64,000 bases of DNA from Erysipelotrichaceae bacterium (GTDB lineage Bacteria > Bacillota_I > Bacilli_A > RFN20 > CAG-449). Under the pieces are notes generated by a model that had not been told where the DNA came from, ran no database searches, and saw nothing but the letters and a program-made list of their open reading frames with translations. Positions within the stretch are counted from its first letter, which is position 1; every line of letters begins with the position of its first letter. The stretch lies in the NCBI GenBank assembly GCA_015059045.1, contig SVBD01000008.1, positions 9,355 through 73,354 of the forward strand, written 5' to 3'. Shown in pieces: positions 36,377 to 50,877 of this stretch. The translations under genes and the position numbers were made by a program.

Positions 36377-36481
36377 GGTTTTTACCTCCAATAAAATTAT
36401 ATGATAATTTATTGTTTGCAACAATAGCATTTTCAAATAAGATTTTTAAGTGTTATAATAAAATATGGAGCGTGAAAATTT

Positions 36482-36949
36482 ATGAAGGTATTTTTTACAA
36501 GCAAATCATTAGATGATACAAAAAAATTAGCCTTAGTTATCGCAAAAAATCTTACTAGAGGAATGGTTATTTCTTTAGATGGAGATTTAGGTGCGGGGAA
36601 AACAACGTTTACTAAATCACTTTCTTTGGGTTTAGATATTAAAGAAGAAGTATCAAGTCCTACTTTTAATATTTTAAAGTGTTATTTTTCAGGTAAATTA
36701 CCTTTATATCATATCGATGCTTATCGTTTAGAAGATCAAATTAATATGGATATTGGCCTTGAAGAAGTTATTGAGGGCGATGGTGTTTGTGTTATTGAAT
36801 GGGGAAGATTTATTGAAGAATTAATTTTTGAACCATTAAATATTAAAATTTCTATCATTAATGCAAGTGAAAGAATATTTGAAATTTCATCCGATTTTTC
36901 TAAATACGATTTAATTATTAACAAAATAAAGGAGGAATTAAATGTATAG
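36482..36949 (+). CDS. tsaE: tRNA t6A37 biosynthesis ATPase TsaE
   Basis: P-loop LDGDLGAGKTTF; YjeE family size. Confidence 0.85.
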   Translation: MKVFFTSKSLDDTKKLALVIAKNLTRGMVISLDGDLGAGKTTFTKSLSLGLDIKEEVSSPTFNILKCYFSGKLPLYHIDAYRLEDQINMDIGLEEVIEGDGVCVIEWGRFIEELIFEPLNIKISIINASERIFEISSDFSKYDLIINKIKEELNV

Positions 36950-37538
36950 TTTATTGCTAGATAGTTCAAATACTAATCTAAGTGTTGGGATTTGTAAAAA
37001 CAATCAAATTATTTATCAAAACTCCTTTTCGTGTTGGCAAAGGCAATCAGAATTAATGATTCCTGAAATTGAAAAAGGATTAAAAGAAGTCTCATTATCA
37101 TTATTAGATTTTGAAGAAATTGTATGTGCGAAGGGACCAGGTTCTTACACCGGTGTTAGAATTGCTTTAACTATTGCAAAAATCATTTCTCAAATGAGTG
37201 GGGCAAAATTAATTTTAGTTTCTTCTTTAATGGCTATGGGGAATGCAAATAAAAAGTATATTGCTTTAATGAATGCAAGAAGTGCAAGAAGTTACATTGG
37301 TATTTATGATCAAGGCAAAGTGATTTTAGAAGATACAATTAAGACTAACGAAGAAGTTAAAGAACTAATTAAAGAATATTCTTCTTTTGAAGTTGTAGGA
37401 GAAGGTTCGTATTTAGGAATAGAAACAACTTTACCTAATGAGGTGGAAGGATTATTATCTTGGAAAGAACTAATTAATCCTGAAGAAGATGTATTAAAAG
37501 TAAAACCAGTTTATTTAAAGGATAATTATGGAATTTAG
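36942..37538 (+). CDS. tsaB: tRNA t6A37 biosynthesis protein TsaB (inactive Kae1 paralog)
   Basis: YeaZ-like N-terminus LLLDSSNTNLSVGI...GPGSYTGVRI. Confidence 0.8.
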   Translation: MYSLLLDSSNTNLSVGICKNNQIIYQNSFSCWQRQSELMIPEIEKGLKEVSLSLLDFEEIVCAKGPGSYTGVRIALTIAKIISQMSGAKLILVSSLMAMGNANKKYIALMNARSARSYIGIYDQGKVILEDTIKTNEEVKELIKEYSSFEVVGEGSYLGIETTLPNEVEGLLSWKELINPEEDVLKVKPVYLKDNYGI

Positions 37539-37965
37539 ATTTGCAGAAGTAAAAGATATTGATAGTTTATTTGAATTAGAAAAGAAAACCTTTATTTCGC
37601 CATGGACTTATTCTCAATTTGAATATGAAATAAAGGATAATAGTTTCTCTAAACTTCTATTAATCGTTAATGAAGATGAATTAATTGGATATATTGATTA
37701 TTGGATTATTTTTGATCAAGCTACTATTAATAAAATTTGTATAAAAGATGAATATCGTAGACGTGGTTTAGCTCAAAAATTACTTGATATTTGTTTTAAA
37801 GAAGTAAAAGAAAATGAGTGTATGGTAATAACTTTAGAAGTTAGAACTTCAAATGAAAAAGCAATTAAACTTTATCAAAAAAATGGGTTTGATATCGTAT
37901 TGACAAAACCGCAATATTATAGTGATGGTGAAGATGCTTATTATATGGTGAAAGGAGTGATTTAA
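37528..37965 (+). CDS. rimI: Ribosomal-protein-alanine N-acetyltransferase (GNAT)
   Basis: GNAT motif A RRRGLAQKLL; sits in the operon between tsaB and tsaD. Confidence 0.75.
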   Translation: MEFRFAEVKDIDSLFELEKKTFISPWTYSQFEYEIKDNSFSKLLLIVNEDELIGYIDYWIIFDQATINKICIKDEYRRRGLAQKLLDICFKEVKENECMVITLEVRTSNEKAIKLYQKNGFDIVLTKPQYYSDGEDAYYMVKGVI

Positions 37966-38979
37966 GTGGATAAAATTATTTTAGCGATTGAATCAAGTTG
38001 TGATGAAACTTCAATTGCAATTTTAAAAAATGATGAATTAGTGGCTAATGTTATTTCCACTCAAATTGCGATTCATCAAAAATATGGTGGAGTAATGCCA
38101 GAAATTGCTTCTAGATTACATATTGAAAATATCGGTGTAGTTTTAAAAGAAGCATTAGAAACAGCGAAGATTACTATGGAAGAAGTTAGTGCAATTGCTG
38201 TTACTAGCGGACCTGGATTAATTGGTGCTTTACACGTTGGTTTACAATGTGCAAAGACTCTTGCATTAATGTATAATAAGCCATTAATTCCTGTTCATCA
38301 TTTAGCGGGACATATTTATGCAAATGAATTTGTTTCCCCTTTAAAATTTCCTTGTTTAGCTATTGTTGTAAGTGGAGGAAATACTGAATTAGTTGTAATG
38401 GATAAACATTTATCATTCAATATCATTGGTGGAACTATCGATGATGCAATTGGTGAAGCTTTTGATAAAGTAGCTCGTGTAGTTGGCCTACCTTATCCGG
38501 GTGGAGTATCTATTGATAGACTTTCAAAAGAAGGTAAACCTACATATGTTTTACCTCGACCTAAAGATGATAAAACATATGATTATTCGTATTCTGGAAT
38601 TAAAACAGCAGTTATTAATTTAGTTAATAATTTAAAGCAAAAAGGACAAGAAGTAAATGTTCCAAATTTAGCATGCTCATTCCAAAAAACTGCTGTTGAT
38701 TTATTGCTTGATAAAGCTTTACCTGCAGTAGAAGAATTTAACATTAAACAAATTGTTCTTGCGGGTGGGGTTTCTGCAAATTCTTATTTAAGAGAACAAA
38801 TAGTTGAAAGAACAAAAAATAAAGATGTCGAAGTAGTAATTCCACCTCTTTGGTGTACTACTGATAATGCGGCAATGATTAGTAAGGTTGCTAGTTATTT
38901 ATATGATGAAAAAGTATTCGCGGATTTATCTTTAAGTGCGAATCCAAACTGGAAATTAAAAGACTATAAAAATTTTTAG
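37966..38979 (+). CDS. tsaD: tRNA N6-adenosine threonylcarbamoyltransferase TsaD
   Basis: ILAIESSCDETSIAIL, HHLAGH and GGVSAN motifs. Confidence 0.92.
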   Translation: MDKIILAIESSCDETSIAILKNDELVANVISTQIAIHQKYGGVMPEIASRLHIENIGVVLKEALETAKITMEEVSAIAVTSGPGLIGALHVGLQCAKTLALMYNKPLIPVHHLAGHIYANEFVSPLKFPCLAIVVSGGNTELVVMDKHLSFNIIGGTIDDAIGEAFDKVARVVGLPYPGGVSIDRLSKEGKPTYVLPRPKDDKTYDYSYSGIKTAVINLVNNLKQKGQEVNVPNLACSFQKTAVDLLLDKALPAVEEFNIKQIVLAGGVSANSYLREQIVERTKNKDVEVVIPPLWCTTDNAAMISKVASYLYDEKVFADLSLSANPNWKLKDYKNF

Positions 38980-39044
38980 AAATAGTGTAAAGTTATATAT
39001 GAAATATAAAACTTAATGCCTATCAAACACTAGGAGGAATAGAT

Positions 39045-40613
39045 ATGAAAAAAATTATTATTATTGGTGCTGGTCCAGCTGGTTTGACAGCGGCTTATGA
39101 ACTATTAAAAAAGGATCCAAAGAATGAAGTCATCATTTTAGAAGCTAGCAACGAGATTGGTGGGATTTCTAGAACGCATAAATATAATGGTAATAGAATG
39201 GACTTGGGAGGTCATAGATTTTTTTCTAAAGACAAAAGAGTTGTAGATTTATGGAATGAAATTATGCCTTTGCAAAGTAAGCCATCTAAAGATGATCTAA
39301 TTTTAAACAATCAAAAAGAATGGGCTAAAGAAGGACCAAATCCTGAAATAGATGATGAAGTAATGTTAATTAGAAGAAGAGTTAGTAGAATCTTTTTCTT
39401 AAGAAAATTTTTTGATTATCCAATTTCAATGAAACTTCAAACATTTAAAAATATGGGTTTTAAAAACACTTGGAGAGCAGGTTGGGGATACATTGCTTCT
39501 GTTTTTCATAAAAGAAAAGAGGATAGTTTAGAAAACTTCTACATTAATCGTTTTGGTAAACCTTTGTATGAAATGTTTTTTAAAGATTACACTACAAAAT
39601 TATGGGGTATTGAACCTAATAAGATTTCTGCAGATTGGGGCGCTCAAAGAGTTAAAGGATTAAGTTTATCTAAAGCAGTTTTTGGAATTATTGCTAAACC
39701 ATTTAAAAAAATATTCCACTCAAAGAAAGTAGAAACTTCATTAATTGAAGAATTCTATTATCCAAAATTTGGACCAGGCCAATTATACGAAACTATGGCT
39801 AAAAGAATACAAGAATTAGGTGGGACTATTCTTTTTAACCATGAAGTTAATCATATTAATATTGAAAATGGAAAAATTACAAGTATTAGCACTATTTGCA
39901 ATGGTAAAGAAGAGATTTTTGTAGGTGATGAATACATATCATCAATGGCTATTAAAGATTTATACTTATCTTTAGATAAAGAAAAAGTAGATGATGAAGT
40001 TTATGAAGTAGCAACTAATCTATTATATCGAGATTTCATTACGGTAGGTTTGTTACTACCTAAATTAAAAATTAAGAACACAACAAAGATAAAAACTATT
40101 TCTAATATTGTTCCTGATTGTTGGATTTATATTCAAGAAAGAGATGTTAAAGTAGGTCGTTTACAAATTTTCAACAACTGGTCTCCTTATCTTGTTAAAG
40201 ATTTAGAAAACACTATTTTTATTGGTCTTGAATATTTTGCCAATGAAGGTGATGAATTATGGAATATGAAAGAAGAAGATTTCATTGAATTTGCCAAAGG
40301 AGAACTTGAAAAAATTGATATTATCAATAAAGATGATGTTATTGATTCATGTCATTTAAGAGTTAAAAAAGCATATCCTGCTTATTTTGGCGTTTATGAT
40401 AAATTTAATTTAGTCAAAGAAGATTTATTGAAAATTGAAAACTTATATTGTGTTGGAAGAAACGGACAACATCGATATAACAATATGGACCATTCAATGG
40501 TTACTAGTTTAATCGCTGCAAGTTTAATTTTAGATGAAGGTAAATATTCTAAAAATGATTTGTGGGAAGTTAATGTGGAAAAGGAATATCACGAAACAAG
40601 TAAAGAGAAATAA
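39045..40613 (+). CDS. FAD-dependent oxidoreductase, UDP-galactopyranose-mutase-like (long form)
   Basis: [21 protein letters not shown] (vs UGM GPHIFHT). [15 protein letters not shown] vs UGM LYEAFFKGYTIKQWG. Confidence 0.45.
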   Translation: MKKIIIIGAGPAGLTAAYELLKKDPKNEVIILEASNEIGGISRTHKYNGNRMDLGGHRFFSKDKRVVDLWNEIMPLQSKPSKDDLILNNQKEWAKEGPNPEIDDEVMLIRRRVSRIFFLRKFFDYPISMKLQTFKNMGFKNTWRAGWGYIASVFHKRKEDSLENFYINRFGKPLYEMFFKDYTTKLWGIEPNKISADWGAQRVKGLSLSKAVFGIIAKPFKKIFHSKKVETSLIEEFYYPKFGPGQLYETMAKRIQELGGTILFNHEVNHINIENGKITSISTICNGKEEIFVGDEYISSMAIKDLYLSLDKEKVDDEVYEVATNLLYRDFITVGLLLPKLKIKNTTKIKTISNIVPDCWIYIQERDVKVGRLQIFNNWSPYLVKDLENTIFIGLEYFANEGDELWNMKEEDFIEFAKGELEKIDIINKDDVIDSCHLRVKKAYPAYFGVYDKFNLVKEDLLKIENLYCVGRNGQHRYNNMDHSMVTSLIAASLILDEGKYSKNDLWEVNVEKEYHETSKEK

Positions 40614-40616
40614 GAT

Positions 40617-43303
<2,687 letters not shown>

Positions 43304-43304
43304 T

Positions 43305-43628
43305 ATGAATCCGAATGAATATCAAAAATTAGCAATGACTACATTGAATAAAGATCTTTCCAAAAAAGATATTTTAATTAATGGAGTTATGGGATTATGT
43401 GGCGAATCTGGAGAAGTTATTGATTTAGTCAAAAAACATCTTCATCAAGGACACGAATTGAATAAAGAAAAAATTATCGATGAATTAGGTGATGTTTGCT
43501 GGTATATTGCCGAAATTGCTTATGTATTAGGTGTACCTTTTGAAGAGGTATTAATTAAAAATATTGAAAAATTAAAGAAAAGATTTCCTAATGGATTTGA
43601 AGTAGAAAAATCTATTAATAGAGAATAG
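43305..43628 (+). CDS. MazG-like nucleoside triphosphate pyrophosphohydrolase (small, single domain)
   Basis: EYQKLAMTT...GLCGESGEV...ELGDVCWY motif set of MazG/NTP-PPase. Confidence 0.6.
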   Translation: MNPNEYQKLAMTTLNKDLSKKDILINGVMGLCGESGEVIDLVKKHLHQGHELNKEKIIDELGDVCWYIAEIAYVLGVPFEEVLIKNIEKLKKRFPNGFEVEKSINRE

Positions 43629-43637
43629 GGTGATTAG

Positions 43638-44693
43638 ATGGAAAAAAGTTTAGTAACTAATATCAATTATTATGATTTTGAGTTACCAGAAGAATTAATA
43701 GCCCAAACACCAGAATTAAAAAGAGATCATTCTCGTTTAATGGTGTTAAATAAAGATGAAGAGAGTATTTCTCATCATCATTTTTATGATATTTTAGATT
43801 ATTTGCACGAAGGTGATGTTTTAGTTAGAAATAATTCCAAAGTAATACCTGCTAGATTGTTTGGTACAAAAGAAGAAACTAACGCGCATGTAGAGGTATT
43901 ATTATTAAAAGATTTAGGAAATAACATTTGGGAATGTTTATGTGGTAATGCAAAAGTTATTAAATTAAATACGATTATTTCTTTTGGTGATGGCTCTTTA
44001 AAAGCGAAGTGTGTTGAAATTAAAGAAGAAGGCATTAGAAGAATGGAACTTATTTATAAGGGTATTCTTTTTGAGATTTTAGATAAATTAGGTAAGATGC
44101 CTTTACCACCTTATATTCATACGGAGTGCGAAGATAATTCTAGATATCAAACAGTGTATGCAAAAATTGAAGGAAGTGCTGCCGCTCCAACGGCCGGATT
44201 CCATTTTACTAGTGAATTATTTGAAAAAATTAAAGCAAAAGGTATTACTGTAGTGGATGTTACTTTACATATTGGACTTGGAACTTTTAGACCAGTAAAA
44301 GTTGAGGATATTAAAGATCATAATATGCATAGTGAAGTATATGAAATTACTCAAGAAGCAGCAGATATTTTAAATAAAGCAAAAGAAGAAGGAAGAAGAA
44401 TCATTTCAATTGGAACTACCTCAACTAGAACCTTAGAATCTTGTATGCAAAAATATGGTAAGTTTGTTGAAACTAGAGAAGCTACATCTATTTTTATTTA
44501 TCCTGGATATACTTTTAAGGCAATTGATTGTTTGATTACTAATTTCCATTTACCTAAATCAACTTTAATTATGTTAGTTTCCGCTTTAGCAGGACACGAT
44601 TTTGTTATGAAAGCTTATAATGAAGCGGTTAAGGAAAAATATCGTTTCTTCTCATTTGGAGATAGTATGTTTATTTATGGCTCAAAGCGTTAA
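43638..44693 (+). CDS. queA: S-adenosylmethionine:tRNA ribosyltransferase-isomerase
   Basis: [15 protein letters not shown]-terminus; typical length. Confidence 0.92.
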   Translation: MEKSLVTNINYYDFELPEELIAQTPELKRDHSRLMVLNKDEESISHHHFYDILDYLHEGDVLVRNNSKVIPARLFGTKEETNAHVEVLLLKDLGNNIWECLCGNAKVIKLNTIISFGDGSLKAKCVEIKEEGIRRMELIYKGILFEILDKLGKMPLPPYIHTECEDNSRYQTVYAKIEGSAAAPTAGFHFTSELFEKIKAKGITVVDVTLHIGLGTFRPVKVEDIKDHNMHSEVYEITQEAADILNKAKEEGRRIISIGTTSTRTLESCMQKYGKFVETREATSIFIYPGYTFKAIDCLITNFHLPKSTLIMLVSALAGHDFVMKAYNEAVKEKYRFFSFGDSMFIYGSKR

Positions 44694-45321
44694 AAATTAT
44701 TATCAATTAAGTAAAATTGAAATAGATAAAATTATTAGAGAAAACAAAAGACCAACATTAGCTTTGCATGCATGTTGTGCTCCTTGTTCTACTTTTCCTT
44801 TGGAGTTTTTAACTCCTTATTTTGATGTAACTATTCTTTATGTTAACTCTAATATTTATCCTCAAGAAGAGTATAATAGACGTTTAAATGAATTAAAAAA
44901 GTATCTAAAAATCTTTAATAATAAGAGTGAATATAAAGTAAATTTGATTGAATTTGAATATAAAAATGAAGAATATAATACAAAATTAGAGCCTTTAAAA
45001 GATCAAAAAGAAGGTCAAGATAGGTGTAAATTATGCTATTCATTAAGAATGAATCAAGCTTATAAATATGCTGACGAGCATAATTTTGACTACTTTACAA
45101 CCGTTATGACTATCTCTAGACAAAAGAATTCTCAGATTTTAAATCAAATAGGAATTAACCTTTCTAATAAATATAAAACTAAATATTTTATGTCTGATTT
45201 TAAGAAAAAGAAGGGTATTGATAGAGCTTTAGAAATAAGAAAAGAACATAATTTATATAATCAAGAATATTGTGGTTGTATCTATTCTTATCAAAAATAT
45301 ATGGAAGATAAAAAAGATTAA
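44677..45321 (+). CDS. queH: Epoxyqueuosine reductase QueH (DUF208)
   Basis: [10 protein letters not shown] motif plus downstream Cys (CKLCYSLR). Start at MAQSV overlaps the queA end by 17 nt (ORF track gives an earlier in-frame start at 44620). Confidence 0.8.
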   Translation: MAQSVKNYYQLSKIEIDKIIRENKRPTLALHACCAPCSTFPLEFLTPYFDVTILYVNSNIYPQEEYNRRLNELKKYLKIFNNKSEYKVNLIEFEYKNEEYNTKLEPLKDQKEGQDRCKLCYSLRMNQAYKYADEHNFDYFTTVMTISRQKNSQILNQIGINLSNKYKTKYFMSDFKKKKGIDRALEIRKEHNLYNQEYCGCIYSYQKYMEDKKD

Positions 45322-45528
45322 AAATACAAATAAAAATATATAAATATAAATTATATAAATATAATTTATAAATTTTAAAAATAATCAAGTTTCAAATGTA
45401 GAATAATCATTAGTTATCCGCTAGTGATTTTTTTACATTATCTATTGAAACGCCATAATTGGTTGTCAAGGCTAACACAAAAATTGACACACTATATATA
45501 AATATATAAAAAAAATTAAAAAAAGCTA

Positions 45529-45557
45529 TTGACTCTTATTTTTGAATCTAGTAGAAT
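45529..45557 (+). promoter_or_regulatory. Sigma-70 promoter of the S10 ribosomal protein operon
   Basis: TTGACT, 17-nt spacer, TAGAAT. Confidence 0.6.
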
Positions 45558-45559
45558 GT

Positions 45560-45708
45560 TGAAGTCGAGTCTTTTAAGATACTCGCGTAGATGTGGGAGA
45601 TTGCTGAACACCGACAGCCGTTGTCATAGCACAACGAAACTTCATGGATTCAGGTAACTCACGCGGAGCGAAATGTCTAGCCAGATTTAGACTAAGGAGG
45701 AAAAGCAA
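45560..45708 (+). promoter_or_regulatory. Structured GC-enriched 5' leader of the S10 operon (candidate ribosomal-protein autoregulatory leader)
   Basis: About 150 nt at roughly 48% GC against a ~28% background. Several hairpins (cgagtc...gactcg; gacagccgttgtc). Ends in RBS AAGGAGG. Confidence 0.4.
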
Positions 45709-46020
45709 ATGGCAAAAAGTAAAAAGATCAGAGTAAGATTAAAAGCTTATGATCACAAAATCTTAGACTTGTCAGTTGAAAAAATCGTCTCAGCTGCAAA
45801 CAACTCAGGCGCTAAAGTAGTTGGACCAATCCCACTACCAACTGAAAAACAAGTTTACACAATCTTACGTGCAGTTCACAAATACAAAGATGCTCGTGAA
45901 CAATTCGAAATCAGAACTCACAAAAGATTATTGGATATCGTTAATCCAACAAAACAAACTATCGATGCATTAACACACATGGATTTACCAGCAGGTGTTG
46001 ATATCGAAATCAAATTATAG
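45709..46020 (+). CDS. rpsJ: 30S ribosomal protein S10
   Basis: [14 protein letters not shown] signature. Confidence 0.97.
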   Translation: MAKSKKIRVRLKAYDHKILDLSVEKIVSAANNSGAKVVGPIPLPTEKQVYTILRAVHKYKDAREQFEIRTHKRLLDIVNPTKQTIDALTHMDLPAGVDIEIKL

Positions 46021-46038
46021 GAAAGGCAGGAAACCAAT

Positions 46039-46746
46039 ATGAAATCAATCGTAGGAAGAAAAATGGGTATGACCCAAGTCTTCGCAGAAGATGGCACAAT
46101 GTATCCTGTAACTGTCGTAGAAGTCTTACCAAACGTTGTTACACAAGTTAAGACTGAAGAAACAGACGGTTACGAAGCAATCCAAGTCGGTTATGAAGAT
46201 AAGAAAGAATCAAGATGTAACAAACCTGAATTAGGTATCTTCAAAAAAGCTGGCGTAAGTCCAAAGTATGAATTAGTCGAATTACATGGCGACGAAATGA
46301 AATACAATGTTGGCGATGAAATTAAATGTGATATTTTCCAAGCTGGCGATATCATTGACGTAACTGGAACAAGCAAAGGAAAAGGCTTCTCTGGTGCGAT
46401 CAAACGTTATCACTACACAATCGGACCTAAAGGACATGGTTCAGGATATCACAGAGGTGCTGGTTCAATGGCTACTAACGGTAGATACAACCGTGGTATC
46501 ATGAAAGGCAAAAAGATGGCAGGACATGCTGGTCACAAAACATCAACTATCTTAAATTTATTAGTTGTTGCAGTTGATCCAGTAAACAACGCAATCTTAG
46601 TTAAAGGTGCAATTCCAGGACCTAAAAAATCAATTGTTACTTTAAGAACAGCAGTTAAAGTTCAAAGAGGAACAAAACAAGTTGTAAAACCATTAGTAAA
46701 CTACACTCCAGCAGTTAGCGAAGTAGTTGCTGATGAAAATAACTAA
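46039..46746 (+). CDS. rplC: 50S ribosomal protein L3
   Basis: GRKMGMTQVF N-terminus. Confidence 0.95.
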   Translation: MKSIVGRKMGMTQVFAEDGTMYPVTVVEVLPNVVTQVKTEETDGYEAIQVGYEDKKESRCNKPELGIFKKAGVSPKYELVELHGDEMKYNVGDEIKCDIFQAGDIIDVTGTSKGKGFSGAIKRYHYTIGPKGHGSGYHRGAGSMATNGRYNRGIMKGKKMAGHAGHKTSTILNLLVVAVDPVNNAILVKGAIPGPKKSIVTLRTAVKVQRGTKQVVKPLVNYTPAVSEVVADENN

Positions 46747-46759
46747 GGAGGAAGAAAAC

Positions 46760-47398
46760 ATGGCAGCAAAAAGAGTTAGCTTAAAAGTTTTAAACCATGC
46801 AGGTGAAGAAACTGGTAAAGTCATGGTCAGCGCTGAAGTCTTCGGTGTTGAAGTAAACGAACAAGTCATGTTCGACGCCGTCCAAGTTTATCAATCAAAC
46901 ATGCGTCAAGCAACTGCTAAAACATTAACAAGAGCAGAAGTTTCAGGCGGTGGAAAGAAACCTTGGAGACAAAAAGGTACAGGTAGAGCAAGAGCTGGTT
47001 CTACACGTTCACCATTATGGAGACACGGTGGTATTGTATTTGGCCCAACAGGCGAACAAAACTACAAGTTATCTATGAATAAAAAAGCTCACAAGTTAGC
47101 AGTTAAATCTGCATTAACTTTAAAAGCTCAAGCTAAAGACATCATCGTATTAGAAAACTTAGAATTAAATGAAGTTAAAACTAAATTAGTCGTTAGCTTA
47201 TTAGCAAACATCAATGCAAAGAGAAAATCTTTAGTTGTAATCGATGGTGATAATGATGCATTTGTATTAAGTGCAAGAAACATCCCAGGAGTTATCGTTA
47301 CTACAACAAATAACTTAAGCGTTTACGACATCTTAAATGCTGATAGCTTAATCTTCACATCAGCATCAATCAAAGTAGTCGAAGGAGGTCTTAAATAA
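46760..47398 (+). CDS. rplD: 50S ribosomal protein L4
   Basis: KPWRQKGTGRARAGS motif; start at MAAKR with AGGAGG RBS. Confidence 0.95.
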   Translation: MAAKRVSLKVLNHAGEETGKVMVSAEVFGVEVNEQVMFDAVQVYQSNMRQATAKTLTRAEVSGGGKKPWRQKGTGRARAGSTRSPLWRHGGIVFGPTGEQNYKLSMNKKAHKLAVKSALTLKAQAKDIIVLENLELNEVKTKLVVSLLANINAKRKSLVVIDGDNDAFVLSARNIPGVIVTTTNNLSVYDILNADSLIFTSASIKVVEGGLK

Positions 47399-47748
47399 TG
47401 GCAAGAGCAAAGAAAGAGACTAAAGTAGAAGTAGTCGAAGAAAGAAAATTTGCAGCTCCAAGTATTGAGAGCTTCGATATCTTAGTTGCACCAATTGTTA
47501 CTGAAAAGACAATGAAAATGCAACAAGAAGAAAACAAAGTAACTTTAAAAGTAAAAAACACTGCAAACAAAACACAAATCAAAATTGCAGTTCAACAAAT
47601 CTTCAACGTTAAAGTTGTTGATGTAAAAATTGTTAACGTTCTTCCAAGAGCTAAAAGAGTTGGCCGTTACGAAGGTAAAGTCAGCGGATACAAAAAAGCT
47701 ATCGTTACTATTAGCCCAGAAGACAAGATTAACGTAATTAGCGAATAA
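47398..47748 (+). CDS. rplW: 50S ribosomal protein L23
   Basis: Operon position and L23 fold-like sequence. Confidence 0.9.
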   Translation: MARAKKETKVEVVEERKFAAPSIESFDILVAPIVTEKTMKMQQEENKVTLKVKNTANKTQIKIAVQQIFNVKVVDVKIVNVLPRAKRVGRYEGKVSGYKKAIVTISPEDKINVISE

Positions 47749-47778
47749 GCCTTAAGGCGAATATAGGAGAAAAAAATC

Positions 47779-48618
47779 ATGGCAATTAGAACATATAAGC
47801 CAACGACACCAAGTCGTCGTCACATGACAAATTCAACATTTAGTGAAATCACTACATCTACTCCTGAAAAAAGTTTGTTAGTATCTCTTAAGAAAACAGG
47901 CGGCCGTAACAATACAGGCGCTATCACATGCCGTCACATCGGTGGTGGAAACAAGAGAAAATATCGTATCATTGATTTCAAGAGAAACAAAGATGGAATC
48001 GTTGGAAAAGTCGCAACAATCGAATACGATCCAAACAGAAATGCAAATATCTGTTTAATCAATTATCTTGATGGAGAAAAAAGATACATTCTTGCTCCTC
48101 AAGGATTAAAAGTCGGAGACAAAATTGTTTCTGGTGAATCAGTTGATATTAAAACTGGTAATGCAATGGAAGTTAGAAATATCCCAGAAGGTACTTTCAT
48201 TCATAACGTTGAACTTCAACCTGGAAAAGGCGGACAAATGTGCCGTGCAGCTGGTACATCAGCTCAAATCTTAGGTAGTGAAGGTAAATACGTAACATTA
48301 CGTTTAGCTTCAGGTGAAGTTAGAAAAGTTCTTGCAACATGTAGAGCAACAGTAGGTGTTGTTGGAAATGAAGATTGGAACTTAGTTAACTTAGGAAAAG
48401 CTGGTAAATCAAGATGGTATGGCGTTCGCCCAACAGTTCGTGGTTCTGTTATGAACCCTAACGATCACCCACATGGTGGTGGTGAAGGTAAATGTCCAGT
48501 CGGTCGTGATGCACCAAGAACTCCATGGGGTAAACGTGCACTTGGCGTTAAGACAAGAAATACCAAGAAAGCATCTAACAAATTAATCGTCAGAAGACGT
48601 AACGGTAAAGCGTTATAG
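47779..48618 (+). CDS. rplB: 50S ribosomal protein L2
   Basis: [14 protein letters not shown] motif. Confidence 0.97.
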   Translation: MAIRTYKPTTPSRRHMTNSTFSEITTSTPEKSLLVSLKKTGGRNNTGAITCRHIGGGNKRKYRIIDFKRNKDGIVGKVATIEYDPNRNANICLINYLDGEKRYILAPQGLKVGDKIVSGESVDIKTGNAMEVRNIPEGTFIHNVELQPGKGGQMCRAAGTSAQILGSEGKYVTLRLASGEVRKVLATCRATVGVVGNEDWNLVNLGKAGKSRWYGVRPTVRGSVMNPNDHPHGGGEGKCPVGRDAPRTPWGKRALGVKTRNTKKASNKLIVRRRNGKAL

Positions 48619-48638
48619 TAGGAAAGGAGAATAGTACA

Positions 48639-48929
48639 ATGCCACGTAGTTTAAAAAAGGGACCATTCGTTGATGCACACTTAATGAAAAAAGTTGAAGC
48701 ATTAAATGCAGCCCACAAAAAAGAATTAATTAAAACATGGTCAAGAAGATCAACAATCTTCCCATCATTCATTGAACATTCCTTTGCAGTCTATAACGGA
48801 CACGAATTCATCACAGTTTATGTTACAGAAGATATGGTTGGACATAAATTAGGAGAATTCGCTCCAACAAGAACATATAAAGGACACACTGGCCACACTG
48901 CTGAAGATAAAGCAGCACACGCTAGATAA
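48639..48929 (+). CDS. rpsS: 30S ribosomal protein S19
   Basis: [10 protein letters not shown]...YNGHEF. Confidence 0.97.
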   Translation: MPRSLKKGPFVDAHLMKKVEALNAAHKKELIKTWSRRSTIFPSFIEHSFAVYNGHEFITVYVTEDMVGHKLGEFAPTRTYKGHTGHTAEDKAAHAR

Positions 48930-48945
48930 TTAGGAGGAAAGAAGA

Positions 48946-49278
48946 ATGCAAGCAACAGCAAAAGTTACTGGAGTTCGTGTTACTCCTAGAAAATGTCGTT
49001 TAGTTATTGATTTAATTAGAGGAAAGAAAGTTTCTGATGCATTAGGTATCTTAGCAAACTTAAATAAATCAGCATCTCCAGTAGTTGCTAAATTAGTTAA
49101 ATCAGCAGCAGCAAACGCAGTAAACAACAATAAGATGGATGAATCTAAATTATACATCAAAGCAATCTACGCTAACGATGGACCAAGATTAAAGAGATAT
49201 ATGCCAAGAGCTAAAGGTTCTGCATCATCTATCATCAAGAGAACAAGCCACATCACTGTTGTGGTTGAAGAAAAATAG
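48946..49278 (+). CDS. rplV: 50S ribosomal protein L22
   Basis: VRVTPRKCRLV. Confidence 0.95.
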   Translation: MQATAKVTGVRVTPRKCRLVIDLIRGKKVSDALGILANLNKSASPVVAKLVKSAAANAVNNNKMDESKLYIKAIYANDGPRLKRYMPRAKGSASSIIKRTSHITVVVEEK

Positions 49279-49296
49279 AAAGGAGAAGTAAAGATT

Positions 49297-49959
49297 ATGG
49301 GTCAAAAAGTTAATCCTATTGGACTTAGAGTTGGTGTTAGCCGTAACTGGAATTCAAGATGGTACGCTAACAAAAAAGATTTTGCTTCTCTATTAAATGA
49401 AGATGTTAAAATCAGAAAATATTTAACAGCTAAATTAAAAGATGCTTTATTATCACACGTTGAAATTGAAAGAGTAAAAGATGTTGTTACAGTTTCAGTT
49501 TTCACAGCTCGTCCAGGTTCAGTCTTAGGACAAGATAATGCAAACATCAAAGAAATCACAAAACAAATTACAAAAATTGCAAACGGCAAAAACGTTAAAG
49601 TTTCTGTTGTTGAAGTTAAAAACCCATCACTTGATGCAAACATCGTTGCTCAAGATATGGCAAAACAATTAGAAGAACGTGCTTCATTCAGAAACGTTCA
49701 AAAGAAAGCTATCCAAAGAGTTATGAAAGCTGGAGCAGTTGGTGTTAAAACAGCAGTTTCAGGTAGATTAGCTGGTGCAGATATCGCACGTACTGAAGGA
49801 TACAAAGAAGGTGTTGTCTCATTACACACATTACGTATGGATGTTGACTACGCTTTAGCTGAAGCTGATACAACTTACGGAAAATTAGGCTGCAAAGTTT
49901 GGATTTCTCGTGGATTAGCTAACAAAGCTAAAAAAGAATCTGATAAGAAAGGAGAATAG
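49297..49959 (+). CDS. rpsC: 30S ribosomal protein S3
   Basis: [11 protein letters not shown]...KH domain. Confidence 0.97.
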   Translation: MGQKVNPIGLRVGVSRNWNSRWYANKKDFASLLNEDVKIRKYLTAKLKDALLSHVEIERVKDVVTVSVFTARPGSVLGQDNANIKEITKQITKIANGKNVKVSVVEVKNPSLDANIVAQDMAKQLEERASFRNVQKKAIQRVMKAGAVGVKTAVSGRLAGADIARTEGYKEGVVSLHTLRMDVDYALAEADTTYGKLGCKVWISRGLANKAKKESDKKGE

Positions 49960-49964
49960 TCACT

Positions 49965-50381
49965 ATGTTACAACCAAAAAGAACTAAATATAGAAGACCA
50001 CACAGTTTAAAATACGAAGGTCTTTCAAAAGCTGGTAACGAAGTATCATTCGGCGAATTCGGCCTTCAAGCTTTATCAGGAAATTATATCACTGCTCGTC
50101 AAATCGAAGCAGCTCGTATCGTATTAGCTAGATACACAAAAAGAAGTGGACAAATCTGGATTAGAATTTTCCCACAAATGGCTAAAACAAAGAAACCAGC
50201 TGAAGTAAGAATGGGTTCTGGTAAAGGTTCACCAGAATGCTGGGTAGCAGTAGTTAAACAAAACCGTGTTATGTTTGAAATTGGTGGAGTACCAGAACAA
50301 ACAGCACGTGAAGCATTACGTTTAGCTAGCTATAAACTTCCAATCAAAACAAAAATTATTGCGAAAGGAGACGTTAAATAG
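49965..50381 (+). CDS. rplP: 50S ribosomal protein L16
   Basis: [10 protein letters not shown]. Confidence 0.97.
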   Translation: MLQPKRTKYRRPHSLKYEGLSKAGNEVSFGEFGLQALSGNYITARQIEAARIVLARYTKRSGQIWIRIFPQMAKTKKPAEVRMGSGKGSPECWVAVVKQNRVMFEIGGVPEQTAREALRLASYKLPIKTKIIAKGDVK

Positions 50382-50383
50382 TT

Positions 50384-50581
50384 ATGAAAATTGCTGAAAT
50401 TAGAGAACTTTCTACAGTTGAATTAAACGAGAAAGTATATGAATTGAAACAAGAATTATTAGCTCTTCGTTTCCAACACGCAACAGGCCAATTAGAAAAT
50501 GGTAATAAAATCACTGAAATCCGTAAAACAATTGCTCGTATCTATACAGTAATTAAAGAACGTGAAATCGGTATTAACTAG
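50384..50581 (+). CDS. rpmC: 50S ribosomal protein L29
   Basis: Size, operon position, [12 protein letters not shown]. Confidence 0.9.
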   Translation: MKIAEIRELSTVELNEKVYELKQELLALRFQHATGQLENGNKITEIRKTIARIYTVIKEREIGIN

Positions 50582-50593
50582 GAGGATCTAAAG

Positions 50594-50860
50594 ATGACAG
50601 AAAGAAATACACGTAGAGTTATTCGTGGTGTTGTAGTATCTAATAAAATGGATAAAACAATCAACGTCTTAGTTGAAACACACAAAAAAGATCCTAAATA
50701 TGGAAAAAGAGTTAAATATGCTAAAAAATATTTTGCTCACGATGAAAACAACGAATGTAATGTTGGCGATGTAGTTGAAATCATGGAAACAAGAAAACTA
50801 TCTGCTAACAAACACTTCCGTTTAGTAAGAGTAGTTGCTAAAGCAACTGACGTTAAATAA
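50594..50860 (+). CDS. rpsQ: 30S ribosomal protein S17
   Basis: [12 protein letters not shown]. Confidence 0.95.
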   Translation: MTERNTRRVIRGVVVSNKMDKTINVLVETHKKDPKYGKRVKYAKKYFAHDENNECNVGDVVEIMETRKLSANKHFRLVRVVAKATDVK

Positions 50861-50877
50861 GAGGAGGAAAAGAGATT

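Noticed and set aside
45330-45400. Direct repeats atataaatataa x2 (possible CRISPR or iteron)
   Set aside because: Only two copies of low-complexity AT sequence are present, with no spacer/repeat periodicity and no cas genes.
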